A stretch of DNA of 61,986 nt, the filler included, from Choristocarpus tenellus KU-1152 (lineage: Eukaryota > Protista > Phaeophyceae), in the NCBI GenBank assembly GCA_964200185.2. It is 10 parts of 10 records of this genome, joined end to end, with 100 filler letters (N's around TTAATTAATTAA, not from the genome) between each part and the next. Parts side by side here need not be neighbours in the genome. Positions count along the whole stretch, not along the records: positions 35,694 to 39,669 come from CAXNAD020016833.1; positions 39,770 to 42,421 come from CAXNAD020025949.1; positions 42,522 to 47,165 come from CAXNAD020013652.1; positions 47,266 to 52,147 come from CAXNAD020012679.1; 6 more parts are not named here. One strand, given 5' to 3'. Position 1 is the first letter of the stretch, and the number at the start of each line of letters is the position of its first letter. A model generated the notes under the pieces. That model was not told the origin of the DNA, did no database searches, and saw only the letters and a program-made list of their open reading frames with translations. Position numbers and translations under genes: made by a program. This document shows positions 37,975 to 50,900 of the stretch, in pieces.

Positions 37975-39059
37975 TTCTTTTTCATCCCCTTGAAGGATAC
38001 ACCACCACAATGCCTTATCAGGGCTAACAGACACTTGTTGGAAAACTAGGTCAACTATATTCCATACCTCCTAATGCAGTGCATCCTTGCAGTTGTTGTT
38101 GTGACTGGTGACTCAGCAGATCAGACTGGAACTGGATGGACGTATATAATTAGTAATTTATGTAGTATTGAATACAGTTGCCAAATCTCTAACAGTGCAA
38201 TTAATATTTTCCATGATTTAGGAATGTTTCAGAAACCCTTTTTTCTACTCTCATACTTAATACTTTGCACCCCTTTGGAGTTTACCTTGAAAATAATAAA
38301 CACACCATGACAACACCTCATTAGTGGCGACATATTATAATAACTATTTCTGATCTCTTTCACATCTATAATATAGAGAAAAGAATGAGTCTAATGACAA
38401 GATTTTCTCAAGAATTGGAATACAGGGTGGTGTACCTATATATGAGAGGGTAGACAAGCGACAAAACTCTCTCTTATATCTTGATCCTTTCTTATTGTAT
38501 ATAAGAGCGCTTTTTATCTTAAACCGAGGGATCGTGATAAGAGAAACCTATGTTATATCGACCAACAACAGTGTTCGTAGGCACTTTATAGTCGTCCCCG
38601 AACCACGACAGAGCGACGCCCTAGCTGTATGTGCTTCCCATGTGCCTTCAAGAGTCGCTACATGTAGATATATATGTATTGAACATTGCCCTTGGTGAGC
38701 TCATTTCGATGAAGCTGTGGTGGTGCAGCAGCACCATATCTACACCACCCCTGGACAATATACCACTTTATACGAATATAGTACTGTAACTTTGGTATAT
38801 TGCACTCATTTACGATATATTCACTTACATACATGTATAGTGCACCTCCCAAAGAACAGAATCCGCAAGCCGTTGGATGGCTGGACGGACGACTTGCAGT
38901 TCAAATCAAATCAACGTTCAAAGCCAATCTCCCTCCTACTATGCCCTGCCCTACGTACTCGATTGCACAAGGATATTGTTCGCTACACCATTAAAAGCAC
39001 CATCGTGAATCAAATGCAGCTGCATCACCATGCACCCCTCATCGTACGCAATGAGTAAA

Positions 39060-39541
39060 ACAACTTATTCGCTAATAAAAAAATCGCGACTGCCAAGAAA
39101 ATTGCGATTGTCCACGTGTTTGATTGCCCTTGTCCCGATTGCACTGAGTCAAGCCAGCTTTGCTTTCCACAGATGGTACGAAACATCGTTCATGCCGCAA
39201 TCTTCGGTCGTTGTTTCTAAGCTTGCAAACTCATCAGCTACTTGACAGTACGACGGTGGAGGAATCGAGAACACTGAAGGGGCTGCTCCTTTCCTCAAGG
39301 CCCCCGATGCGCTGCCTCCTGCCATAAACCCATCGTCATACTTGTCACCCGAGCTTTCATTGTCTGACTGATACAAGGATTCCTGGGGCTGCTGGTCTTC
39401 CATGTCCTCTAGTATCGCATTGGCCACTTTATCATTATCTTCCACACCAATCCACGCTCTCGCTGCGTCGATGGAAGCCTCAGATGGTTTTTCTGCCAGG
39501 TTTGAGGTGCAGAGTGTCAAGAGCACCGGAGAGATCCTCAT
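39060..39541 (-). mobile_element. C-terminal fragment of a pogo/CENP-B-like transposase
   Basis: AWIGVEDN..., acidic linker, PPPSYCQVADEFASLE...HLWKAKLA*...KHVDNRNF. This matches the W.xxED / acidic / helical / KQxxIxxF tail layout of DDE_1 transposases. One internal stop. Confidence 0.55.
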
Positions 39542-39887
39542 TATTATATCGGGACACCTTGTCTACGAGCAAAATGATCGCTCGTGATACTACAGTACAC
39601 AGTATAGACATTACAGTACGACAGAAACGCGGGCAAAATTTCAAAAAATTCAATCATGATCCTCATCAGNNNNNNNNNNNNNNNNNNNNNNNNNNNNNNN
39701 NNNNNNNNNNNNNTTAATTAATTAANNNNNNNNNNNNNNNNNNNNNNNNNNNNNNNNNNNNNNNNNNNNGTCCTGTCCCTGTCTATTCCCCGCTTTTTCC
39801 TATGCTTTCCTTCCCCTCCCCCCCCCCCCCCCCCCCCCCCTTCCGTTGTTTCTTGGGTAAGGTTCACGATGCCGATGCCTGCGCAGC

Positions 39888-40063
39888 TGATGGCGCTGGA
39901 CGAGCTAAAGAGGGAGGACCTGGATGCATTTGTTGATCACATCATGCAGGAGACACGACCGAAGCTGCAGAGGATGAAGGAATTGGATAGCTTCTTGGAG
40001 GACAAGAGAGTGCGGATGCATCAGGTGTAATGCACTCGCTCACTTTACCCGGTGGAGGGTTAT

Positions 40064-40118
<55 letters not shown>

Positions 40119-41756
40119 TGTTTGATTTTACTTTGGCACTGGCTCTTTTCGATTGGGTTGTTGCCTTTTTTCCCCTTGTGGTGTACTGCTGTAGCTCATC
40201 CTGTAGCCAGTCTCGCTCTCTTATCCCTACCCTTTTGATTGCCCGCCTCTGCCTCCTCAGGTGCAACTGTTGATGGAACACATGAAGACCAATGAGGAAC
40301 GCCTACTACTGGTGTTGACAGGCTGTGCACGGTTGACAGACGTGGTGGAGGTTGAAGAACAGGGGTTCTTCCAGCAGCTGGCTAACACGATTGACCCTCT
40401 TAACCTTAAGAGGTATACCTTGCCCTGCAGACACACACACATACATGCACACACTCAGATGCACTTTGTGCCACAGCTCATTATGTCCTTTTTTATATTG
40501 TGTTGGTCAAAATGTCTGATAGTTTTCCAAGTATGAATCGTATCCCAATATATATATATATATATATATATACTTGTTCTGTTACGTATCGTAATTGAGT
40601 GGAACGGTCTGAGAAGGAAGGGGTTGATTTTGGCCCCCCTTCTTAAGAATAGTTTGAATGCCTTTTTTTAACCTACGTTGACTATTGGGTTTAAATATGC
40701 ACCATATCTATTTCTTAGGGTTAGGGTTAGGGTTAGGGTTAGGGTTAGGGTTAGGGTTCTGATATGTGACTAGCCTCTCTCGGGAGGGTGTGGTTGTAAG
40801 GTTAGGGTAAAGATTGGTGATGATATTTATAGGGGAACTCCCATCTTGGGGAACCGCAACTGTCATGCAACTTTCACTTCTTCAAACAAAGGTTTGGTTT
40901 TTTTTTGCACACAGGTCAGCTTTAGGGTTAGGGTTAGGGTTAGGGTTAGGGTCAGGGTCAGGGTTAGGTTTTTTGAAGATGTGTATGAAGAGGTGAAGAA
41001 AGAGGTGAAAACAGTGGAGGTTCTTTGGTGCACTCTTACGCTGCCCGCACCAAAGAAAGTGTGAAATTTCTCTCAGGAAGTTTTCCTTGACCGGTCAGGG
41101 ATGTTTTTTCACGTACGAGTTATAGGGTTAGGGTTAGGGTTAGGGTTAGGGTTAGGGTTATGGGGTTGGGGTTGGGGTTGGGATAATAGGGTTAGGGTTT
41201 ATGTGGGATGGGTTTAGGGTTAGGTTTTTGAAAAGTGTGTTTCGAAGTAGTGGAAAAAAAAAAAGTATCACGGTGGTGACTCCCAAAACAAAAAAAAAAA
41301 CAAAAGACAAAACAAAAGGGACTGTCCATGTGGACTGAAGTGCCCTCTGCAACAGTTGAGACAAATGTAGCACAGGGTAGTTAGTTATAGGGGCCCTTGA
41401 AAAGCTCAAGGACACCCCCCATCCCTTGGATGGTATCGCTCGTTGTTTACGTGCCAAACAAGAACGGCAGGTATTGTGCAGGCGTTTTTGTATGCTTGTC
41501 AAAGGTGGTGTTTGTGTCACACTACGGCAAGACATAATTAATTTCGTGGGTTTTTTTTGTTGTTGTTGTGGTATGAAGTGATCACGTTGTGATACATGTG
41601 TTTTGAGTGCATTCACCTAAAGTGCTACGAGGGTGTTGTATTTGGAAGTCTGTCCGTGATGTGATGTGATGTGATGTGATGTGATGTGATGTGATGTGGT
41701 AGGATGCCCTCAAGGAGGTATTGGTGATTGAGCACAAGTTGCACGACCTTGAACAA
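39888..41756 (+). CDS. Internal exons of an unidentified helical protein: 39888-40025, 40261-40412, ~41703-41756
   Basis: CAG acceptors and GT donors around LMALDELKREDLDAFVDHIMQ...RMHQ, VQLLMEHMKTNEERLLLVLTGCARL...PLNLK and DALKEVLVIEHKLHDLEQ. Confidence 0.7.
40066..40114. repeat. (GT)n microsatellite; also (TA)n ~40548-40572 and (GATGT)n ~41656-41697
   Basis: Direct inspection. Confidence 0.95.
40715..41225 (+). repeat. Interstitial telomere-type (TTAGGG)n arrays: 40715-40756 (7 units), 40922-40968, 41128-41160 plus degenerate tail; short run ~42123-42140
   Basis: Direct inspection; all G-rich on the + strand. Confidence 0.95.
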
Positions 41757-43491
41757 GTCAGATCTATCAAGCAAGCTTTGCTTGTTGTTAACAGGGCTGG
41801 GGGTGGGGGGGGAGGGGGGGGAGTTTGTTTCTTCAGGGTCAAATGTGGTGATAGTGTCTTGACAGTCTTTGGTTGTATAGATGATAGAGTGGGGAAAGAG
41901 AGTTGCAAGGCGTCTTTGTTGCTGGTCATGGAAGGCGACCCTGTAAGTAGGTGAGGTGCCAGTGAGTGATAGTGGGGGTTAGGGCTGGATTTTGTATTGA
42001 GGTTTGAAGTATATCTCCTCTGCAATAACGCCTATGAAGGTATTGAATTGATGGTGGTGCTCCTGCCCTGACTGACCTTTTTTTATTTCTTTGATGAGTT
42101 TGATTGCGATGCGACCTTGTCTATAGGGTTAGGGTTAGGGTGTCATTGCAAATGGGGCTGTATTGTTGTTGTGGGTCAATGTTGGTGGAGTTATTTGCTG
42201 CTCTCCTTTGCCTTTTTTTGTTTTTCGGAGTTGGCTTTGAAACTACAGCACCTAGTGGATTTGTTTTAGAAATACTTACGTATATATATATAATTTTATA
42301 TATATTATTTTATTATTTGTCTGTATCTTCTTGCTTTAATATGTTCTTGCGATCCGTGTTCACTGTCGTTTGTCACTTGGGGGGGGGGGGGGGGGTTCCG
42401 CCTGGGTAGGGGGCAAGGTGGNNNNNNNNNNNNNNNNNNNNNNNNNNNNNNNNNNNNNNNNNNNNTTAATTAATTAANNNNNNNNNNNNNNNNNNNNNNN
42501 NNNNNNNNNNNNNNNNNNNNNAGGTATGCTGGTGGATACGCCACCAGCTACCAATGTCTTCACCAGTGCAAAATTAGTCAATTTGGAGAGCTCGTCCAGC
42601 AGGAGTTTGATGAGATCCGGGTCGAGGTTGTCCCCGAGGGCGGTGCATGTGACGACCAGGCCTCCCGGTCGTGTTTGGAGAAGGGCAACTTCTCCCTCGT
42701 GAGCTGCGTTGGTCTTGGACTTGAACTTATTGAGGTCGTGCTCGGACGTCGATAGGTTCTCTGGCGTGATCAAAACGTTTGTGACACGCGTTATCTCTGT
42801 GATGGCGGAGGAGCGGCAAAGGTCGTGGCAAAGTGGTGTTAAAAACGACGGGAGGAGATGTTAGTTTTTGGAGGCAAGGGATGCGATAGAGGTTCGTGAG
42901 AAGGAGTACGCGTGACAGGATGCAGAGGAGAATGCAGGGGCTGCGGAAAGGATAGATGGAACAGAGTAGTGGCGGTTCTTTGAAGGTGTGCCAATTATGC
43001 TAACCCCCAGGACAGGGGGACGAATAGGGCTGGTAACAAAGAGTGAAGTGGAAGCGTATAGGACTAGCATGTAACCGCGACATAATTTCTCTCTTTTTGC
43101 CGGGTTCTGACGATCGGTACAACATAGGTAAAGTACGACACAGCGTGTACGACGAGCAACTTTGCAACCTTTGAAAGAACCGGAGAACCCTGTGACAATG
43201 TTCGTTGTGTAGCTGTCAAGCGTCTATAGGATGGAAGAGATTCTAGGTTGTGTGTTTGGTGTGGGGAAGGGTGTTTGGATGTTAACCTATGGTGATGTCG
43301 TGCAATGATGCAATTGCTCGCCTGTATGTTCGTGGTCGTTGCTCAGAGTAACGCCCTCAGAGTATTTGATGATGTCCAGGTATTTTGTGCCCTCTTCCAC
43401 ATTCTGCATCAACACGAGGTCTCTTTTCACCTGTGGAATTGATGGGGTAGATTAATGTGCGCAATCAGGGCGTTTATTGTGATATGGCTTT

Positions 43492-43750
43492 GAGCCAAAG
43501 TATCTTAGAGGGTAGAGTCGTGTCCACGTGGGGGCCAAAATCCAATGTTGCGATTTTGATGGCATTTTGGCCATCGTGTTTGTTACGAAGTGTCAATATC
43601 CATGTTCTGGACACACCTTTTCATAACGTAGATACATTTTACCTAGTCCGAAACACTTTGGAGTAGGAAAATGTAATATAAAAACACAGGAAGCAAAGCC
43701 CCAAATGGACAAACAGGGCAAAATTCATACCCTCTAAGATACTTTCACTC
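43492..43750 (+). mobile_element. MITE family A copy (in pseudogene intron)
   Basis: Both TIRs present; TSD not preserved. Confidence 0.93.
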
Positions 43751-44288
43751 TATACACGACAAACTGAAATGCGGTGGATAGATGAAGTGATGAACTAATA
43801 CAATTGAGTACCTTGTCGCTGATGATGTATTTCTTGGTAGGAGGACCCTCTGCTGCAGACCCTCCCGGTGAATCGTCGGCGTAGGGATCTATCCCGAGCC
43901 TGTCCTTCTCTTGCAGGTCCTTCATAACCTGAACTGTGACCTCCAGGACGGCCCCCCTGATGAGTACATTCCTGGTGTGCATACGTCTCAGGTATGCCAA
44001 CTGCACCCTCCAGGGTTGCGCTTCCCAATCCTCCTCCGCCTTGGCGGCAGACGAAGGGTCTGGATCGCCGACTCCTGGTCTATTTTTCTTCCCCTTTCCT
44101 CTTGTCTTCTTCTTTCCTTTGTCTTGGTCGGTCGGGGGGCGTTTGTTCCGGACACCCCTAAGAGTGTGGAAGAACTGTCGTGGAGAAGCACATGGGCTGG
44201 AACGGTGAGTGACATGGATGACACGGGTGTCTGTCTTGTGGGGTATGAACTAGGTGGTAAATATAGCGGCTGTTGCAGGGTCAGAAGG

Positions 44289-44546
44289 GAGCCAAAGTAT
44301 CTTAGAGGGTAGAGCCGCATCCATTAGGTGTCAAAATCGAATGTTGCGATTTTGATGAAATTTTGGCTATGGTGTTTGTTAGGAAGTGTCAGTATCTATG
44401 TTCCCGGCACACCTTTTGGTAACATACACACTTTACCTACTCCTTAATATTTTGGAGTAGGACAATGTCATAAAAGATTCCATGGGAAGCCAAGCCCCAA
44501 ATTTACAAAAAGCGCAAAACTCGTACCCTCTAAGATACATTTACTC
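44289..44546 (+). mobile_element. MITE family A copy, TSD AAGG
   Basis: Both TIRs, with AAGG at 44285-88 and 44547-50. Confidence 0.93.
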
Positions 44547-47265
44547 AAGGGGGGTATATGCATATACATCCATGCACGTTACTTCAATCGTCACGGTCAA
44601 AATCGACTTACCCATTCCTCTGGAAATGTCTCCGTCCCGACAACATACGTCAATGCGAGTGCGTCAGTAGGCAGTTTTTTGGCTACCTGCTCTAAGACGT
44701 GCGCAGCCACTTCGACAATGTCGCACCATCGATGACCTTGGGGAGTCTCCCCTCTCAGGATGGATAGTCCGACTCCAGCGAGAACATCAGTGCACTTTCT
44801 AGCGAAAAACTGCTCCTAGACCTCGTCCGCGAGCTCATTTACATCAAATGTGCGACAGGGTGTGGTTAGGATAACCGTAATGAACAAGCTTTCAGGATGT
44901 CAAGGAATTAAAATTGGCAGTGTATCTGCCAGGGAGGGAAAGCAGGGGGTGTGCATAGTGCATCGGGACCTTACGGGCACGTGGATCGCTGGAAATTGAT
45001 CGCTCTACCGTTCGTCCGAACACGTCAAATCATTCAATTACTGTCTGCCCTATGTCAAGTGTGCCGACGTCGAGTGGAGACAAAATGGTTGGGAACGTTT
45101 ATCCCACCTTTGTCCTGTAAATGTGCTTGAACCCCCCACTGTTCTTAAGAGAATCCATGGCGGTGTCCAGGTTGGCATTCCACAGCACAGTGAACATGTG
45201 AACCGCTCTGAAGTCGAATTTTTCCTGGTCGGGTGCGCGTTGGGTGAGTGGAGGATAAGGTAATATGAGTAGGACAGAAGAATGTGGGAGTGGGAGTGGG
45301 TTTGTTGGTTGATGATATGTTTCATACGGTCGATATCATTACACATGTGTGAAACCTCAATTCAAACTCAGCATTGGAAGGCAGGGATTACTACTGTGTT
45401 GTTGGACTGTTGGTGATGGGGGTTATTTCATGTACTAATGTTAATACGGTGAATCGCGCTTACACTCGATCCCTCGAGCTTCTTGTTATCTCTCCACACA
45501 CCGAGAAGGATCTCCTCCAGTTCTTTTGTCTCTGTTGGAGGATAGCGAGGGGAAGAGAGGGGTGGGGTATGTTAGACCACCGACGCGGAATTAGTATGGA
45601 GATATTAGACGAAAGGTACGCGGTGCTTCACAATCGTTTTACGAAACGTTTCCTGTTCAAGGAGCCGTGAGAATCTCACCTTCTCCCGCGCATATGTAGA
45701 CAAGGGTGGTAATCGCGTGAAGAATTGGACGGAGGTCTATCCTGTGAGTCTATTCACCCCGGCTTCCATATGTGTGTCCTCCCAAGCTTCTTTAAGGAAT
45801 GCCATTATCTTGGCAGCTACCCTCCTCTAAATACCCGTCTGTAACGCGACGTCGTCACTCCGGAAGTCTACGTCACCTAGGCAGTACTGGTTGCACTTGG
45901 TGACCAATGTCGCTATGCGCGTGCGACGATCAGAGTCCTCTTCCAGTTCATTGACATAAGGGCGGGACCTGTCGCAACCGAAGTCGCGCCTATACTCCAG
46001 GATAGTGGCGACCCAGGACACCATCCAGTGGAATATGTCGAGGTTGTTGGGCACATGCGACCTACTAGCCGCCACGCTCTCTCCTATCGAAATGGATTCA
46101 GTCTTTTAGCGGTTGCAATGCGGATAGATCTTCCACATGAAGCTCCTGTGATCGCCTATCTGGAGGTTCGCTCCAACGTCCGAGGCCCATCGCATTGTGA
46201 CATGCGGCGGGAGGTTGATGCTACCTGGGATATTTTCCTCGTGTGCGACGCAATGGATTGTCCTCAGCACCAATATGCGGTGTTGTCCATTCAGGCAAAA
46301 TAAGAGGTTGTCGTCGTCATCTGTATCCCTCTCATCGCCATTCTCATCTACGTCTAGGTTGCCGTTGGTAATATAGGTTGCAAGTAGTTCGCCATCAGGT
46401 ATGCTAGAGGGCACGTTCGCCCTGCGCATGTCGGCTTTGATGTCGCTTATGGTCTTCCATCTATAGCACAGGGAAAAAGGCTATCCACTCAGGATACCCG
46501 CGATCCTATCAGCAGCGACAACTGGGTCCGGCCCTAGCTTGGAGAACATAGACTCCACTCTATCGTTGTCCAGAAGGTTCGCGTTATATCTCTATGTCAT
46601 GTAGGCAGACGTTGCGAGGTCCATCGTGCAGGTCGTGCTGATGTTGGACGTTACGATGTATGTGTTCTTTCGGTCTTCATTAGTTTTTGGGTCTCCGGCC
46701 AGCTGTCTGTGAAGACAGAGGAGAAATGTTAGGACAACGGTATCAGAAAAGACGAACAATGTCAACGTAGGGGTGGATGCGACGGTTAGCCGAGCGCATG
46801 AAGGGTGTCTTTATATGAACAGTGGTGGACCATGTGATTAATGATGACGGGATCTACACGGAGTGCAGGGTTCGTGTCTGTGTGTGGGCTATGCAAAGGA
46901 GATATGAAAAGAGAGTAGCGATTTTGTGGAAATGGGGATGGTGTAACGTTTTCCTGCGAGGTCACTATTTACCAAGAAATGTGAAACTGTTAACGCGGTC
47001 GACTTGGGATGGATATGAGTATGAATAATACGTACCAATATCGGACGCAACCTAGTGGGAATTTACGCGCAGATCAAGGTCAGATATAGCGGGGGTGATT
47101 ATGCACAGGATTGCGCTTGACATAGGGCTCAAAGTATCTGGGAGGGGGTGGCGGCTGTCCATTTGNNNNNNNNNNNNNNNNNNNNNNNNNNNNNNNNNNN
47201 NNNNNNNNNTTAATTAATTAANNNNNNNNNNNNNNNNNNNNNNNNNNNNNNNNNNNNNNNNNNNN

Positions 47266-47329
47266 GGAAGCCAAGCCCCACAAATGGACAAACAGGGAAA
47301 AATTCGTACCCTCTAAGATAGTTTCACTC
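47266..47329 (+). mobile_element. MITE family A 3' end at contig start
   Basis: GGAAGCCAAGCCCC...TACCCTCTAAGATAGTTTCACTC. Confidence 0.88.
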
Positions 47330-47981
47330 TGATCGAAAATCACATCTGCTCACTGTTGACAAACTAATGAACTTATTTAAGGAAATGCCCCATGTTTATG
47401 GAGGGAGAGAGTCCGTGCAAAGGTAGACCGACTGTGATTGAAGTGTCTACAGCTCTGCCAAACAGATTAGGTGATGGATATCAAGGAACCCTGCATTGCC
47501 CATGGAAGTTAGCAAATATTGGTGTGTCATAGAAGCCAGCAGAAGCTAGTGTTCCTAGTTGTAAGCGCACAGACTATACAGTACTCTGTGCACTACCATG
47601 ATGGGATGACATGAACTGATCGAAAATTCAGTGATATATACAGTCAGAGGGAGTCAGGGGGAAACATGTGGATATATATATATATGTGTGTGTATGTCCA
47701 ATCACTTCAACGTATTAGCATCAATGGCAGACATTGACATATCAACGTAGCATTGCTAGAGCTCTATATTGGATCTAATGATGAGTTGCTCCTCCCTATG
47801 TTCAAGTACCATGGTTACCAGATACTTAAGAGAGTCAAGTAATTTTTAAACTTAGTACAGCTATACCTTCCTCCCGCTAAAGGCAGTGTTCGTACACACT
47901 GAGGTGTCTAATTGACATTGGTTCCTCCATCTCCATTTCCGTTCCTCCAGTATAGAGGTCCCTTAGGCCCCAACCACTCAC

Positions 47982-50900
47982 CTAAGTGCCTGTATCTCAT
48001 CTTGCATCTTCTTCAGCTTGCGTTCTTTCTCCACTCCCGTGAAGCCACCCCCCCCACCACCCACTGGATCAAGTTTGTTGACACGGGGCTGGTTTTGAAC
48101 GCTGCGGCAGCGGTTTGCAAACTGGAGGGTGCTAAGGCACTCCTCAGCAAAGCGGGAGATAGGGTGCACTGTGGCCAGAACCACTGTGAAGCTGTTGCCT
48201 CCCAAAGAGTTTTGGAGCAGTCGAGTCAACTTGGAGTCACGGTAGGGGATGTGAGTCTGCCCTGCGCTAGGATCAAGCGCCATTACTACCTTTAGTTGTT
48301 GTTTTTTTAAAGAGGGGGGGCAATGAGGTGGGGTAGGTAGTAATATCAGGGAAAGGAACGGGGGAGAGTGAGAGGCGTGGTACGATATGTTAATTCTTAG
48401 GGGTGTGGGAGGATGCCAGAGAAGGAAGATTCGGAAAAGGCTATTGGGGTATCTTCTAATGATCAAATAAATCATGGTAAATAACTTGAACCTCAGTCCA
48501 GGTGATGACGGGAGCATGTAAAATTTGAAGGGCTGTGGGCTTTTTGGAAGGGAAATGACCTTGGCAGGGGGCATCTTGCAACTTGTGGTTTCTTGGTGCT
48601 GTGGGAATCATGCTGGAGTGGCAGCCTGGCATACAACAACAATGTCGTATTTGCCAATTTGCCCCGTCCCCTTAGGAGAACTCTGGTGAGACCTTCTTGT
48701 CCTCACTAAACACTCTTGAGTCAAAGTATCTTAGAGGGTAGAACTGCATCCGTTTGGGGGCTAAAATCCAATTTTGCAGTTTTGATGAAATTTTGGCTAT
48801 CGTTTTGATAGGAATTGTCAACATCCTTGTTCCAGACACACCTTTTCATAACATATACATTGTACCTGCTCCGAAATATTTTGGAGTAGGTAAAATGCCA
48901 TAAAAACCTGTGGGAAGCCAAGCCCCAAACGGACAAACAGGGCAAAACCAGTACCCTCTAAGATACTTTCACTCCTTTGGACTCAATGAGTTGACTTGCT
49001 TTGGTTGCCTGTCACAAGGTACTGTGGCACTGCAAAGCACACCAAGGCCTCTTGGTTGCATGAAGTCAAGAAAAACAATGGAAGGGATCATCAGGTAGAC
49101 AGTGAAATATGTCCGAGTATTGCACTGGGTGAGAGAGCGGCAAAGGAATGACCCAAAGGAACGAACCACATACTAACGCAAACTCTAACACACCTTTCCA
49201 AGGGCTGTGAGGGAGGAGTTGATGTGCAAGGCCTCTTTCCTTCTTTGTCCCTCAGAGGCACTCTTCTTAAGCCGTTCACTCCCTGCTAGATCTACCAGGT
49301 TGAGCATGCCTGCAGACAATCCATTGTTCCAATAAAGGTTAAGTCCTTATGAGTGAGTATTGCCTTCTAGTCGACGATGCCTATCATATGTGCGGATTGC
49401 AGAATGTTGGGTGGTGTTCTGCTGTTTTGTGTCTCAATTGCATTCGTGTGAAAGAACTTACTGCGTAGAAAGCAACCCCAAAGAAGAGAGTGAGGTAGCT
49501 GAGAATAGAAGGTTCTAGTTCAGGTATGGGTGGTCCTGTAAACATTCTCCTTCTGAACCGTACTTGTGTGCTTTACATGTGTTTCGTGGTCTACCTCAAT
49601 ATTGCTGATGTTGATGTCTATGTGGTTGAGCACTTGAGGCAAAAATTGCCTGCTGCCCAGGTCCAGAAGAATAAGTCGTTAAAATTCCTTCACAAGGGGG
49701 GGGGAAGTTGATCTTCTCTCACCTGTAATGGCCTCATCAGTAATGGGATCCCTCTGCACTACTGTCACTGTAAAGACGGTGTGGCTTCTACTTGAAACCT
49801 AAAGGTACGTGGAGTGAAAGTCGTAAATTGTGGTATATTCTAGACATCCAGCTTGAAATGGAGGGGAACTGCTAAAATCAAGGTGGATTCATGTCCATCT
49901 AGAGGGTAGGTTGTATTAAATTTCCATTGAGTTGAGCTGAGTGTGACACTAGTCCTGAGCCAAAGTACCTTTGAGGGTAGAGCCGCATTCATTTGGGGTT
50001 CAAAATCCAATGTTGTGATTTTGATGTATTTTTGGCTATTGTGTTTGTTAGGAAGTGTCAATATCTATGTTTCGGGCACTCCTTTTCATAACGTATACAT
50101 TTTACCTACTCCTAAACATTTTGAAGTAGGAAAATGTCATAAAAAAACCATGGGAAGCCAAGCCCCCAATGGACAAACAGGGCCAAACTTGTACCCTCTA
50201 ACATACTTTCACTCTCCTCTGATGTAAAGAAAAAGAGAGCACTGTGCTTTACTGTCATCAACTTCAGGGAACTTAGTGCTCATGGCACAATTTTTGATCG
50301 CATGCATCCATAGATTTCACTGTGGTCGAGATCTTGCATCACCACATATCGAGACACCCTTTCCCATCGCTCATCCTGTTACTTTTTAAAAAGAAAATTG
50401 CTACCTTTGAAGCTGTCTGTCGCCTGAATTATACTATAGAGCGATTCCTCTGCAACCAACACGTGTCAGACCAAAAGGCAAGCTTAAATTGTGAGTCCCC
50501 AACGACGTTCAGGATAAGACCCATTTGGAAGGTCCAAAATGCAGACCTCATCTCTTTTCTCAGAACATTAGAGTGCCCTCGCCACTTTATTCTCAAAAAC
50601 CGCAAATAAATAGAAATGAAAAGTCTATCTAATAAAGTCCACCCCTACTGCCTACTTTCATTGACTCTTCCAAACCAAAACAGGAAAACTTAAAAAAAAA
50701 AATTCTCACCACCCACATGGCACCTTTCATTATTACATCTCAATGTTGTGGTGAATGTGTGAACCCCAACCAACCACCCTCCTCGCCGACACCCATCAAA
50801 CCGAAAAAGGAACCAACAATGATGATGAGCAACATACCACAACATCTCGCAACATTGTGATCAAGTAGGCCGGTCTCTTTAAAGCAATTTTTGTTCCACG

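Larger units (their letters stand above)
42522..46706 (-). pseudogene. Multi-exon decayed gene with N-terminal ParB/Srx-like (CLNGQHR) domain; exon-like blocks 45680-46706, 45464-45531, ~45108-45224, ~44612-44925, ~43812-44197, ~43322-43430, ~42522-42800
   Basis: A 342-codon frame without frameshift but with five stops, followed by further coding-like blocks bounded by CTAAC/CTCAC branch sites, pyrimidine tracts, CAG/TAG acceptors and GTGAG/GTAAG donors. Some phases are inconsistent. Confidence 0.7.

Noticed and set aside
39600-39669. Hammerhead ribozyme at the contig end (CTGATGAG on the minus strand)
   Set aside because: No properly closing stem II followed by GAAA, and the sequence is truncated by the spacer.
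40715-41225. True chromosome end
   Set aside because: The arrays are short, interrupted and flanked by exons on both sides.
45680-46706. Organism-wide UAR-to-Gln recoding explaining the TAG/TAA interruptions
   Set aside because: The host plastid-protein and kinase genes end at TAG at sensible positions, intact host exons contain no internal TAR, and downstream blocks of this gene also have phase breaks.
49943-50227. Repeated small ORFs of the type SQSILEGR...KSNVAILM as a gene family (also 9061, 43457, 60959)
   Set aside because: These are incidental translations of MITE family A, with variable stops and frames.
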